Origin: Monocercomonoides exilis PA203
Taxonomy: Eukaryota > Protista > Preaxostyla
Reading direction: 5' to 3'
DNA length: 64,000 bases
NCBI GenBank assembly: GCA_001643675.2
Contig: LSRY02000013.1
Coordinates: forward strand, 1,054,001-1,118,000
Below, piece after piece: positions 37,401 to 48,888 of this stretch. The notes beneath the pieces were generated by a model. That model was not told where the DNA came from, made no database searches, and was given only the letters and a program-made list of their open reading frames with translations. Made by a program: the position numbers and the translations under genes. Each line of letters opens with the position of its first letter. Within the stretch, counting starts at the first letter, position 1.

Positions 37401-40400
37401 CATCAACATAATCAAAATATAACCCTCCGCCTCGTCCTTCGCTTGACGCTCTGCAATTTGTATAAGTGGAATCAGATATTTCGAGTGTGCCTTCCATCGA
37501 CAAGCAAAGTCTTAATCCTCCTCCGCGCAAAGATGCATCAGCTTCACATGATTGAAAAGTCGAGTTTGAGATTATTGTGCTCCAGGAAGCAAATGTGTCT
37601 TTCGCAATTGAAGTTGGTTGATCTGTCGTTTGATTTAAATTTTTGAATATGGTGTTATTAAAAGTTATCGAAGTGAATATATTGCTCGAAGTTGGCGATG
37701 AAATACATGTAAATGTAGGCTTCTGAGATCCAGAAAATTCTTTAAAGTATGCTGCTTCAATAGAAACAGATGAAACAGAAGATGAAAACACAAAAAGGGA
37801 TTTCTTGTAGTCAGACACAGAGACATCACAATCTGTCATTTTCAGCTGGCCGAATGTTGCTTTGATGATGTTGTAATTCAAATTCGCTGCTGTTTGAATG
37901 ATAAAAGCAATCGACGATATTTTGAAGCTATATTCAATTCCAGTTGCAGAAGACGGATCTGCAGGAGAAGTAACAGAAATGAACGATGTATGTGTTCCAA
38001 GAAGAGAAGGAAGTATAAATATGAGATGTGACAGTGTAGCTTCTGCGCTCGACGTAACCAGTCCATCTGTTCCAGTACCAGAAGAAGCAACAATCATCGT
38101 AGTGTTTACATCAAGTCCATAAATGTTATATTTTGCGTCTGACAACACAAGCTCTTCAGAAAAGCTCATTGAATTTGTATCAATTTTCACTTCTTTTTCA
38201 AGTGTAGTTTGTCTTCCACACGCAAAGTCGATGGTTCTGCACTGAAAATCTGTGTATCCACAGACCGAATAATCAATCCCTGTTCCGTTAACAGAGAATG
38301 TTGTTGTGACAGCGCGGAAAAATAGCACAAGCGGGATTGAATCCACATAATTGGCTGTATCAAATCCACAAGCTGAATCAAAAGAAGCAGCGTCTGTCGT
38401 TGTTGTTGAGTCACCAAATTGAGCATGATAACGACTATCAGCATTTCTGCGAGTAGATTCGGTGGTTGGTTTTAAGAACGGCAGAGAAGTTTCTTTGACG
38501 CTGTCTCTCAAAGAAGGTGATATCACAAAGAGATTCAAACCCAATTTTGCAGAGTTTGTTCCGAAAGAAGGCGTTTCAATTACGAAATTAGATGAAGCAA
38601 CAGAAAGCGTGATAAATACTGCTCCTCCTTTCCCTTCATCGGATATTCCACTTGGAGCATGACAGTTGTCAAATATGCAACCAGAAACATTCCAATTCAG
38701 CCCACTTTTCAAACTGGATGCAATTGCTCCGCCATTTCCATTGCCTGTGACTTTGCAATCAGTAAAATTGCACATAGAAATAGTAACTGTTCCAATGCTT
38801 GTATCTGAATCGTCAGAAATTGAAATACAGCTTCCATCTGCAGTTGATGCACTTACCGTTGTGAAATTACTGTTTATGATAGAAAACTCTTTGGGCTTTG
38901 TCAGATGAAACGCTGAATTTCCAGTTAGTTGCAGAGAAGAAACTTTGCACCTGTCCACATTCAATCCGCAATTCGCTGCTGAAGAGATTATTGGCTTTGA
39001 CTGAGCGGAATTTGTAATATCAGAGCTTGTCAATGAAAGACTGGCTTCGTTGCAGATAACGAAAAGAGCATCAGCAGCAGTTGTGACAGTTGCAGAGGTG
39101 AATGAACAATCAGTAATGGCAGCAACGGAATTTGTTCCATTCACAACGAGCATTGACTTTGTACATGTCAAAGCAGTTGTATGAAGTTCGTTGATAATTA
39201 AGTCTCCCTGCAGTACATTGAACAACGTGTATTGCAAGTTATCTGTGCTTGATTTTGTGATTGCACACGACGAAAGCGTCAATGTGCTGCATCCCACTCC
39301 AAACAGCGAGGCATGCGACCCCAGCTGTGGTGGAATTTTGTTTTCAATGCGAGAAAACAGCACAGTCGCAGCACAAGTCACAAAAGATCCCGTTCCTGTT
39401 CCGTTGTTCACGATGTCCAACGATGAGGTTCCAGCAGTGTCTCCATTGATGGTGTACGAACGCCCTGACAAAGAAAGCTCTTGGGAGATATCAGATGATT
39501 GAATAACAGACAAGGTGATATCGCCTGTACCCAATGCAAACGCATAGCTCAAACTGCCACACGGATATGCAGCAAATCCACATACTGCCACGTCCACCCC
39601 ATTTGCAGAAGAGACAGAAATCACAGATTCTCTGGGAATCAGATAGTATTTCAGAAGAACAACATTTCCGTTTGTGGAGCTGTCTTCGCCTGCCAAAAGC
39701 GACTCGTCATTGATAGGATTGAAAAAGTTCAATTTTTCGATTTTAACACTTTCATTCAGTTTTGTCGAATAAACAAACAAATCAGGACCATACTTTGCCT
39801 TATTTGAAGCAAACGTAACATTCGAATAGAACGTATAGCCGGCAGCTGAGTCGACAAGTGATAAATATACCGCTCCTCCTCTGCCTTCTCCGCTTGGGCT
39901 TTCCCACTGCACTTTGCTCGAAGTGAAGCACGTGTTGTTAATATCAAAAAGTGAGGGTGTGCTGAGCTGCAGGTAAACAGACCCTCCGTTCTTCTGGCTT
40001 TCAGAAAGGTTGATTTCTTCAAACTCACAGTTGTCTATCGTTGCTTTGGAATTCGCAACTCCAGTAATGCTTTTCACAGAAACACAACCACCATCGCCTT
40101 GCGAGCGTGCGATTCGAGTGAAATTACTCTCAACAATTGCCAATGATAATGTCTCGTCCGCATCCAAGATGCAGCCATTGCTCAAAGTGATGTCTTCGAA
40201 TGAGGAGTGTTCAACATTCACAGAAGCCTGAGACCCAGAAGATGCAGAAATGAAAGAAACAGCGTTGAAAGATAAAGATGAAGCATCAAAATTCTTTAGG
40301 AGTAAACTGCCTGATGCAACTTTGATAAATGAAAATTGAATCGAGGTTACACTTGGAGCTGCTGTTAATCCGCAGTTAATAACATTCAAAGTATTTGAAG

Positions 40401-43260
40401 AACAAAGCAAAAGCGTATCTTTGTTTGTGAGCGTCTGAGGAACAGAAAATGTGATGTTGGTTATTGTCGATAAAATGGATGACTCAATAAATCCTGTTTG
40501 CACAGTTGGCAAAGTTAAACTGACTTCAAACACTGTACCTTGTGCTGTTGTTGAGATGCCCCATTCATTCGTTTCCATCTTCAGTTCTGCATTGAAACTG
40601 AATGGAGAAACAAGCAAGATCTCCACTTTGGTTGATGAAAAGTAAGAAGTTGCTGCAAAGTTAATTGTTGAGCATGGCAGCGAAGGAAATCCACACTGAT
40701 TGATATCCGCTTTGTAAGAGCCGCCAACACAAGCAGGGCTTGTAAATGGCTTCAGGTAAATCGGCAAAGGAATCGCAAATGTATCTCCCAAAGATGACCT
40801 GTCATATCCGCAAAGTTCATCACTGTTGGAAAGATCAGGTCCAAACACAATAGTTTCATTTTTAATAACAGCAGAAAGGCTATCTGCACTCACAAATATG
40901 TTCTTTCCACTTTCTGCAGCGCATGAACTGAACAACACATCTTTGAATATAAAGTCTGTCGCTCCATCGTCCAGATACAGATAAACTCCTCCTCCACATC
41001 CATAATGCGTTTGAGATCCGCTGTTCGCTTCACACGATGCGAACTCCACGACCTCATTAACATTAGCTTCTCTGCCAGATACAGATGCACCAGTGGCATT
41101 TCCCAGGCTGAAAGATGAGCCAGCTTTCATATAAACCCACATTCCTCCTCCATTTCCTTCGCTGCAGCTGCATTCAGTAAGAGAAAAGTTAACCAATGAC
41201 AGAGTTTTCCCTGTTTCCAGCGTGACTTCGATGATGCTGCCATTCCCGTTTGTTCGGCTGATTTGAGAAAATGTAGTCTGTGTTGTAGTAAATTCCCTCG
41301 GAAAAATAAGAGATAAAACAGGCTTCGACGTTTTAATTGCCGTGATAGTTGTCTGGTCGAGGATAAAATGTCCATCGTTAATCACAAAAAGCGACTTAGA
41401 AAAGGAAGTGCCTTGTCCGCTTTCGGCTGTTACTGTACTCTTGATCAGCTTCAGCACTCCATCTGCTTCGCTTATCGAAAACATTTTCGCATTTGAAGAA
41501 GTCGAAGAGTTGTGCACAAAAATTAAATTCGAAGCGGAAAATGATCCGTTTGTGATCGTGCAAAATGTTCCTGAGCTAATTTTTGAGACAATCTTTGGAA
41601 TTGACGTTTGAGAGTCTGCTACTATCACTCTGTCTGAGATGTCCAGTGAGGTCTCAGTGTAAGTTCCTCCATTCACAATAATCTTCTGGTTGAATATTGG
41701 AGTCCAACGCGTTATTGAAAATTTTAATGTGAGACACTCCTTGCTGCCTGTGGAATTACCGCAATCATTTGTGTCATGCCCTCCATTTTTCACATAAAGC
41801 CCCGGAAAACTCGGCGTCGGCAGCCAATCTGGCCTGTTAGCAGCATCTGGATAACTTCCATCGCTCTTGCAGTATATGAAGCGAGGAGAATCTGAAAACG
41901 AATAGCATGCTTCAAATTGAGTAGAATCCAGCTTTCCCGCAAAATTTTTATCTGTGTAAATATCACTCCCCATTTGACTCCGCACCGAATTGTTACTGAA
42001 AAACAGAAAACGGCATCTAAATGAAGAACATGATAAAGCCAAAAAGCACATGATTGCACCTCCGTGTCTCACAGCCCTGTTGTTTTGGAATTTGGTGCCA
42101 GTAATGAAAAGATTTGGAGGTGGATTTATAATTCCTAAGGCGCCTCCACATCCTTTGCAAGAATCACCGTCGATGCAACACCAGCATTTTGAATATTCAC
42201 ATTCTGAAATTTGAGATTCATTTTCAGGTGCTTGTTCGAAATTCATTCCTCCAAAATGTTGCGGTCCGCAACATTCAACAATTCTGCATTTATGCAAAAT
42301 GCGCTTCGTTCCAAACCAAAAAGAAATAGCTCCATCTGCGTAGTTCCCAGTACAATTATAAAAATTTGATTCAGAAATAACACATTTTCCATTTTCGCAA
42401 AATAAAGCTCCACCTCTTCCAGTATTATTTTGGTCTCCGGTAACCTTACATTTATCAAACAAGCAATTATTAATTGTTACATCAGAGCTACCTTTTGCAC
42501 ATATGGCTCCACCTTGCACTCCACCTCCGTTAAATGTAAAGGTGATATCAAGAAATGATTTAGTTCCTCCTGACAAGTACGTGCGGTTTTGATAAAGTAC
42601 AGTACATCGTTCGAAAGATGAATTTGAAGCGCTTAATTGTTCCGAAAATCGTGAATCAATAATTGTGTGATAATATGGATTTTCAACAGCAGAAAAAATG
42701 CAATTGCTCATTGAAACAAAGCGAGAAGAAACTTCGTTTGCATAATGATTCGCAGTCGAACTAATATTCCTAAATTCACAGTGAAATGTATCGATCGAAT
42801 TAACTTCATAGCAAGAAAGCAAGGAGCAGGGAGATGAAATTGTTAACGAAGAAAATTTTGAATCAAAAAACAACGCTGAGCTTCCAGTGGCAGATTTTAT
42901 TTCAGAATTTAAACAACATTCACTTAAAATAGGCGTGTAAACAGTTTGAGTTTGCGTTGTTAAGATTGTAAAATTGTAAAAATGTGAGGTTCCATCAAAA
43001 GAAGAAAATGGACTGTTAATACCCAATGAAGAAGGAACGAGTATGCAACTTACAAGTTCAGCAAATGTATTTTTCTTGAAGAATGCAATGCTTTCATTTT
43101 TCACTGTCAAAAAGGATAGCTTTTGTAACCTTAAGGTTGAATTATAAACATCAAATATCAAAGTTTGTGTTTCAGTAACAGCGGATAGCCCAGCTTCCTC
43201 GTAAGTACAATCATCAATAATAAGTATTAGAAACCAAGCACACAAGTAAATGCACTTCAT
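34429..43260 (-). CDS. Giant single-pass surface protein (2943 aa), paralog of 6508..14274, with a C-terminal kinase C-lobe remnant
   Basis: Signal peptide; GGA/FxxN and CGxxxxPC repeats; shared membrane-proximal block SLKGGDGV..SS.WILNDGC.L.GIAGER.SPFFIP; TM WGIAAFAVCMILLLIALVAFAIVVALL. The tail has RWKAPE, VFSLGLILYEMITGEVP and PNDRPNL. Confidence 0.87.
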   Translation of the reverse strand: MKCIYLCAWFLILIIDDCTYEEAGLSAVTETQTLIFDVYNSTLRLQKLSFLTVKNESIAFFKKNTFAELVSCILVPSSLGINSPFSSFDGTSHFYNFTILTTQTQTVYTPILSECCLNSEIKSATGSSALFFDSKFSSLTISSPCSLLSCYEVNSIDTFHCEFRNISSTANHYANEVSSRFVSMSNCIFSAVENPYYHTIIDSRFSEQLSASNSSFERCTVLYQNRTYLSGGTKSFLDITFTFNGGGVQGGAICAKGSSDVTINNCLFDKCKVTGDQNNTGRGGALFCENGKCVISESNFYNCTGNYADGAISFWFGTKRILHKCRIVECCGPQHFGGMNFEQAPENESQISECEYSKCWCCIDGDSCKGCGGALGIINPPPNLFITGTKFQNNRAVRHGGAIMCFLALSCSSFRCRFLFFSNNSVRSQMGSDIYTDKNFAGKLDSTQFEACYSFSDSPRFIYCKSDGSYPDAANRPDWLPTPSFPGLYVKNGGHDTNDCGNSTGSKECLTLKFSITRWTPIFNQKIIVNGGTYTETSLDISDRVIVADSQTSIPKIVSKISSGTFCTITNGSFSASNLIFVHNSSTSSNAKMFSISEADGVLKLIKSTVTAESGQGTSFSKSLFVINDGHFILDQTTITAIKTSKPVLSLIFPREFTTTQTTFSQISRTNGNGSIIEVTLETGKTLSLVNFSLTECSCSEGNGGGMWVYMKAGSSFSLGNATGASVSGREANVNEVVEFASCEANSGSQTHYGCGGGVYLYLDDGATDFIFKDVLFSSCAAESGKNIFVSADSLSAVIKNETIVFGPDLSNSDELCGYDRSSLGDTFAIPLPIYLKPFTSPACVGGSYKADINQCGFPSLPCSTINFAATSYFSSTKVEILLVSPFSFNAELKMETNEWGISTTAQGTVFEVSLTLPTVQTGFIESSILSTITNITFSVPQTLTNKDTLLLCSSNTLNVINCGLTAAPSVTSIQFSFIKVASGSLLLKNFDASSLSFNAVSFISASSGSQASVNVEHSSFEDITLSNGCILDADETLSLAIVESNFTRIARSQGDGGCVSVKSITGVANSKATIDNCEFEEINLSESQKNGGSVYLQLSTPSLFDINNTCFTSSKVQWESPSGEGRGGAVYLSLVDSAAGYTFYSNVTFASNKAKYGPDLFVYSTKLNESVKIEKLNFFNPINDESLLAGEDSSTNGNVVLLKYYLIPRESVISVSSANGVDVAVCGFAAYPCGSLSYAFALGTGDITLSVIQSSDISQELSLSGRSYTINGDTAGTSSLDIVNNGTGTGSFVTCAATVLFSRIENKIPPQLGSHASLFGVGCSTLTLSSCAITKSSTDNLQYTLFNVLQGDLIINELHTTALTCTKSMLVVNGTNSVAAITDCSFTSATVTTAADALFVICNEASLSLTSSDITNSAQSKPIISSAANCGLNVDRCKVSSLQLTGNSAFHLTKPKEFSIINSNFTTVSASTADGSCISISDDSDTSIGTVTISMCNFTDCKVTGNGNGGAIASSLKSGLNWNVSGCIFDNCHAPSGISDEGKGGAVFITLSVASSNFVIETPSFGTNSAKLGLNLFVISPSLRDSVKETSLPFLKPTTESTRRNADSRYHAQFGDSTTTTDAASFDSACGFDTANYVDSIPLVLFFRAVTTTFSVNGTGIDYSVCGYTDFQCRTIDFACGRQTTLEKEVKIDTNSMSFSEELVLSDAKYNIYGLDVNTTMIVASSGTGTDGLVTSSAEATLSHLIFILPSLLGTHTSFISVTSPADPSSATGIEYSFKISSIAFIIQTAANLNYNIIKATFGQLKMTDCDVSVSDYKKSLFVFSSSVSSVSIEAAYFKEFSGSQKPTFTCISSPTSSNIFTSITFNNTIFKNLNQTTDQPTSIAKDTFASWSTIISNSTFQSCEADASLRGGGLRLCLSMEGTLEISDSTYTNCRASSEGRGGGLYFDYVDATDFLPFPLQKLPLRMNSVRFNNNDAKVGKDMFINCHSISEQIDETLFSLDFGQPSLQIDTAVNANDALERDKDLIPIITFYKNEIIFLSAVNGEDSRQCGVNACPCKSINIGVTHLDTGLVRVVFVKDATLISNEAKILDATVKPYAIKQAMIELNASLAASNPDASILTLVNEIVMNNLNFNFSESFSSQHKAVLYLQSGSIDAKDISFSSMAELSIIPSLFYVASGEFKLANCTISSLNCISPMFFFSSSAVDVDISNVNCTNSILSSSLIVADDCPFNALNIICSSIKASTSTNFDLISIKVSDKSTSIEKLELHDITLNSGEAIDISLASSFSSLYATDTAVIEITSAVFDQITRANEGPSAIRAALPGLHSTITVENSTFTNCFSSSHQGSVAFVDNVQSLKMRDCHLFGTSGLPNVVAAGKDSIFSEEICRWNGSLLHLLRATVQIEGSMIADSSKGGLSLCCATASVTECEFRDDNPLISNFPSVRRNMLCSDSGVLDVVSLKGGDGVLPSSSMWILNDGCVLKGIAGERASPFFIPTLHSVETEENESLLNLIFRGTLLLPCNLSFRVVSSVGDVEQIEACELADTGFVSEEEVHGAIGLEMVRGAEASAEVRVCIVFGNADSPSTTQSFILKNRSEPERKEEDNAAKGARKSEWGIAAFAVCMILLLIALVAFAIVVALLRRKLKDAEKKAEKARWEYAQIVERLERQKEESRREFEMSDMPSTLLEGMTIQIPLLIDNDEEDLPDPPSMSNDGILNENDLPDLESPIPFSENASASGVHQNNSFNVISAKKPFQEKEKKNIKTLHSVIHSVQSNFTLGTRAMDVVDGKEVVLAVAELFEHLISVGDERVEMMARQLCPYSIFVEEGNENEIYVLTEKLADEKQKEEMKRWKAPEARDEEEGIEKAVVFSLGLILYEMITGEVPLSECNAEEAQEMIRDGVRPLTEGIEGEEMVEVMEKMWADEPNDRPNLAEVIALLKE

Positions 43261-43570
43261 ACAAAAGAATCAGTTCATAGATAACAAATATATATTTATA
43301 ATGGTTAAGAAAATCTTCTTTAAAAACAATTAACAGAAATAAAAAATGTGTTCATTTTTGTTTTATCGTTTTCAAAATATTATTTTCTTTTAAGTATCAG
43401 ATGCATGCGCTCATTAAATCTTTTTTAATCATTCATATTTAATAATAGACTTCATAAAGTATTTTATTCTTATCAATCAGTTTTTTTGTGCATTTTATCA
43501 TACTCTTTGAAAGTGATTTTCTTATTATTATTACCATGAAACAGAAAAATAGAAATCTGATGAGAAATAT

Positions 43571-45726
43571 ATGGTTATGATCTTTTTTGAAAAAAAGAAA
43601 AAATTAATGAGCGTTTCAACGTTGGAAATAAGCAGTAAATTGTCTAGAGATGAAACGTTAAGTGGATTAGGCGTGCATATCAGTGATGCAAGCGTGGTAA
43701 AGAGGGATAAACTGTTTGATTTGATGAAAGAGACAGCAAATCTTCTCTATGGAATTGTGCGTGGAACGATGAAAGAAGAAATCGAGGGCATTCTGAAGGA
43801 AGAATATGGAATGAGCGAAGGAGATGCATCCAAAATCGTTGAAGAAGTTGTCGATGAATATGGCATGTTATCAGATTTTCAATAACAATTTTTTAAAAAA
43901 AAACCAAAATCTATTATTGTTTGGTTGTTATTATTTTTTAGCTTTAAGCGATTTGTCAAAGAAAAAAGGTGGGGCAGCTTTTGCATTTGGGAAGGCAAGA
44001 ACTTCGAGTCAAGCAAATGGGAAATTTTCTGTTCCATCAGCATTTTCTTCGAAAACAGCAAGCTCTTCAAGCGCTGACAAGGCTGCTCCAAAGCCGTTCG
44101 TGTCGTTATTACCACCAACGGAGAGTTCGGGGACTTTTGGTGGACCTGCGAAGTTCCCGCCTTCGTTTGGAAGTGCGATGCATGGGCCTGGGCCAATGTT
44201 GCCAACTGGACTTTCCGCAGCTGGTCCTTTTTTGTCTGGAATCTCTTTAGCTTTACCAGTTTCTGACGAGCCTTCACTTTCTGTGTCAAGCATGGCACCA
44301 CCGGGATTTCCTGCACCCGGATTTCCGTCTTCTTCATTTGGGGTTCCTTTGTTGATGCCTCCATTTAATCCCTCTGATGAGTCGAGCCCTTTTATCGGAA
44401 CACCAGGCAGGCTGATTGAAGATGGAGAGAAATCGCAAAAAGAAGAAGATAGAAAAGAGAAAAAGAAGAATGGAAAACTTGAAAAGAAAAGTGAGAGCAG
44501 TGGCGACTCTGATAGCGACTCTAACAGCGATGAGGAATCAGATGACTCAGAGGCGTCTGAAGATGAAAGTAGCAACGATGAAAGCGGTGCTGATTCATCA
44601 TCATCGTCATCTTCAGAAGGAGGAAAAAGAAAAGAAGGTTACAAGGAAAATAAAAAGCCAGTGAAGGGAAGTTTGTTAGTTTTTAATAAAATTATATTTA
44701 CTTCTTCTCAAACTTGTTTTGTGTATTATTTGCATTATTCTAAATGCTAATCAATTTTTTCGTTTATTTTTGTTGTTTTATAAGAATTGAGAGGGCCGCT
44801 TCATTTTTCCGAAGAAGAGACAAATGGATACAATCCGAAGTTTGATGAGTCCATTCATCTATCTCAGAAAAAAGGCACAATTGTCGTAAATCGTCCGCTT
44901 TGTTATGCTGTTTGTTTGGGCAACCCGTTCTGCAAAGGCATTTGGCGCGTGGATCTGCTTGTGGTAGAGGACGCACAGTGGATGCCGAATTTTGTTGAGC
45001 TCTTTGTGAGAACAAACAGCATGGACGTGTTTGCCAAGAAGCGCAGTTCTTTTAAGCCAAAAAAGTCTGAAAAGAAACCTGCAGTTAATTCGGAGGCATG
45101 CATAGGTCCTTTTGGCTCTGGCTGGGCATCATCATCTTCTTCCATAAATATTTTTGGGGCTAGAACACTAACTTCTGCTGAATTTGAACTGCTGTGGATT
45201 GGAATAACGGCAGAAGGGAATGTCGAACGTTGTAAGATGGGTTCTCCTCCTTTGCCCTGTATTGACTCTTGGAAATGCAAAGGATCGCAAATTGCTTGTG
45301 AAATTGACACAAAGAAAAAAACTTTATCATTTTTTGTAAATCGGAAAAAGCAAGCACTTGTTATTACAAATGTGCCAAAATGCGTACAATTTCAGGTATG
45401 AAGAAATTATAATTTTTCTTCTTTAATTATCAATTTTATTCTTTCATAATGAATTTTAACAAATTAATTTTTCAAATTAATTGATTGTGCATTTGATACA
45501 ATATTATTTTATCTCTCTTTCTCTTCTCTTCTCTTCTTCTCTTTTCTTTCTTCCATCGCAATCTTATTTACAACTTTTTTATTAAACTCAAATATTTTTT
45601 TTAATCTTTTTGCAGTTGTCTTTACATGCAGAATCAACAAAAATAAAAGTGCTCAGATTAGACAAAATGAAGAAGCCAACAGGCCCCAAAAAGGTGCCAG
45701 GCACGTTTTGTGCTGATTTTAATTAA
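43571..45726 (+). CDS. Multi-exon protein with a Pro/Ser-rich middle, an acidic tract and a C-terminal SPRY/B30.2-like domain
   Basis: ORFs 43571, 43824 and 44787 are joined by short introns, with a last exon at 45616-45726. IACEIDTKKKTLSFFVN..Q resembles the SPRY GC.LD....L.F..NG strand pattern; the domain call is inferred. Confidence 0.6.
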
Positions 45727-45872
45727 AATTTGTAAGATCTCAAATGTCATGAAATGAGTTGGAAATGCTTTCTGTTTGGTTTAGGAAATAGTTTTGTGGT
45801 TAGAAGTAGATTGTTTTCAAACTTTTTATTTTCTAATGTAATTCAAGAATTATTTGAAATAGATTTGATTGT

Positions 45873-45919
<47 letters not shown>

Positions 45920-46516
45920 TTTTGTTTGGTTTGGTTTTGTTGATGGCTGTAATTCTTAAAGAAAAACTGTGGTTATTTTATTTTATTTTTTTTTTAAAAA
46001 AAATTTTTTTTTCAATTTTATTTTTTAATTATTTTACACCATAAATAATTCAAAATGAGAAAATTTTAAACAAAATAAAAATCTTTGCAATCAAATTAAT
46101 AGCTTCACACTTTTTTAAATGGGAAAAAATTGAAAAGGTTAAAAAATTTATTCAACAAAAAAAGAAACTGTCCTTTGAATTTGATTATTCATACAAAAAT
46201 TCAGTTCAATTTTGTTTTAAGACTTATGTTTGTCACAAAAATTGGTTGCTGGAAATTTTCATGAGTTTGTTGATAATTTTTCAACAGTTTAGTATCAAGA
46301 ATAATATTTAATATTATGGTTCATATTTTTAATTATTTTTGGTGTTTTTTGTCAAAGGTTGAAAAAAATAAAGAAAAGAGAAGAGAAGAGAAGAAGAAGA
46401 AGAAGAAAATACGAGAGAACAAAAGCTTTTCTTGCATGTGAAATATTATGAAATAACACAGAAACGATACGAGAAAAATAAAATTTCGTTAAATTTACAA
46501 ACACAAAATAATCTGC

Positions 46517-47572
46517 TCAAGCACATTCCATGATAAAGATTTCTGAATTGACAAATAAATAAACGCATATTGAGACAATGCAATCTTCACACACTTCTTC
46601 TTCCGTCTTTTCCAATAACTTTCTTTTCGTCTCTTTTCGTTTTGCGTTGAGGCTTTCATTCTCCGTCTTTTCTTTCAGCATTTCATAAAGATTTCTCAGA
46701 AGCTTCAATTCATCCGCAAGTCACACTTTTGCTGCATCTGATCAGATCGTTCCCTCCAAAACTGCATCGGCTGCTCTGCTTTCTGACAAGCCTTTAGCTT
46801 TCACATCTTGGTTATCCACTGCGCCTTGGAGAATATTCATCCATTGCTTGCTGATTTCCATCATCACCCTTCGCTTCCCTCAACACTCTCGCAATAATGC
46901 CCATAACCACTCCAAATTCTTCATTCTTCTCACAACATAAGTGGACATCAGGCTTCAATACAACGAGCCATCTCGATGATAATCTTGTCTTCTTTTCCCC
47001 CTTTCGCTTTTCCCTTCCTCTTCCAATCCACACATCCTGTCGGCTCTTCCAGTTCCTTTGTGCCCCCTCTCCCAAAATGCATCTCGTTGGAGACAAGTTT
47101 TTCCAAGCCTCTTTCACAGAGGGCCTTGCCTATCAAAAACATCTATGCACGCAGATATGCAAGCTGCGCCTCATTGAGACTGCCCATGGTGATGAAAGAT
47201 GATATCTTCCATCTTCTTCCAAAGCTACTCTTTGTTCAATTACTAATCAAAAATGAGAGTGAAATTCAAAAACAGCAAAAATGAAGTTGGTGGTTCTTAA
47301 ATATCAAATTCATATACATCGCTCAACGCCACCAAAGCCATTTCCCCTTCTTTTTTATTGTCGCATCTTTCCTCTTTCTTCAAGGCAACTTTCAGGAGAC
47401 AAGACACGCAAATAGGAATCAATTTATCTGAAAGGATAGATGAATTCATCAAAGCAAATGATTCGCAAAGGTCAGTCAAATGCTTTTCATCCTTTTTCTT
47501 CTCATTTTCATTAATAATAATATGGGACGAAATCTTTTGCTTTATGAATTTTGTTCCATCCAACGTTTTCAA
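46517..47572 (-). pseudogene. Frameshifted pseudogene of the helical (ARM-like) family
   Basis: Fragments LTDLCES..CVSCLLKVALKKEE..EMALVAL and KRKLLEKTEEEVCED lie in different frames. Confidence 0.75.
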
Positions 47573-47799
47573 AGATTTATCTCACCTTTTTAAATTTTCA
47601 ATATTTTATTTTGCACTGGAATGTCAGAATTATAATAATACGATAGCAGAAAAAGTTTGGAACAAATCATTGATTTTTTCATAAATACATGAATTCTGTA
47701 CCATATTCTCAAATCTTTCGCATAATTTAGTTTCTTCAAAGTGAAGATTGAGAAGAAACAGCATGTTTTATCATGTTTCCAAATCTCATACACCTCCTG

Positions 47800-47940
47800 G
47801 TACTTCTTCTCCTTCTCCTTCTCCTTCTCCTTCTCCTTCTCCTTCTCCTTCTTTTTCTCCGTCATCATCATCTCCACTTTCATCATCATCATCATCATCT
47901 TCTTCTTCTTCTTCTTCTTCTTCTTCTTCTTCTTCTTCTT
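47800..47940. repeat. Compound (TTCTCC)n/(CAT)n/(CTT)n microsatellite
   Basis: Directly visible; abuts the left 220-bp TIR. Confidence 0.9.
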
Positions 47941-48888
47941 CGGCATAGGTCTATTTTGTACCAGTTTGGAAAGTGGTTTTTTAATTTTTTTATTAGCATA
48001 TTATTAATTCTAATAATTATTGCAAACAAACTGCTGATGGAAAAAGTCGAAATTCTTCCATCATGAAATTGAAAATTTTTTCTGTTTTTCGAAACCCATA
48101 ATTTTTTCGTTATGATCGCAAAATTAAGAAATTCAATTTATTTCTTTTCTAATGAACAAATAAAATTTTTTAATCCATAAATATTGTTAAAATAACTTCG
48201 CTTTATAGTGTGTTCTTTTATATTGTTCAAATACCATTCATTTGAATTATGTTTAAAAATAAAAATATTATTGCATTAATCACTTTCACAAGAATAAAAA
48301 AAGAAATAAAGTGATTAACATTATATCGCACAACCTTTAATGAAACAAACGTGTGTGTTTGTGCATAAAATTGGTTATGAGTATTTTTTGAATTGTTTTC
48401 CATTTTTATCAAGTTTGCAGAACCATCTGCATTTGAAAGGAAAGTTACAAAGGAGAGACTGCTTGTTTGCTTGACCACAAATTCGTTCCATACGAGCTCA
48501 AATACAGATTTTGTGGAGGAATGCGCTGTGCAAACATTCCAATAACGCAATTCATAATATGGAGCCTCCAATTTTGTCCGTGCTCAGCAGTGTTATATGG
48601 AGGAGGATTTCACTTTTATCCATATCAATCAACACCCCCAAGCAACAACATTTATTGTAATTTCTTCTTCTTCCACGATTGCAGATGCACAACCACTTCC
48701 ACTCCATATGGCCATGATGTGTATTTTCAAGATTATTACAATCACTTTTCATCGAGCAACCCTTTTTATGAATTGTACACAACGAATAGCAATGATACGA
48801 GAGTGTGCCGTTATTGTTTATCAGGCAGTTGGACGTATCAGTATGCAGAAAAGAAGGATTGGCTGAAGGAAGGGATGAAAGATCGGTA

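Noticed and set aside
47590-48066. ORFs with poly-K/M/S/L
   Set aside because: Translations of the compound microsatellite next to the TIR.
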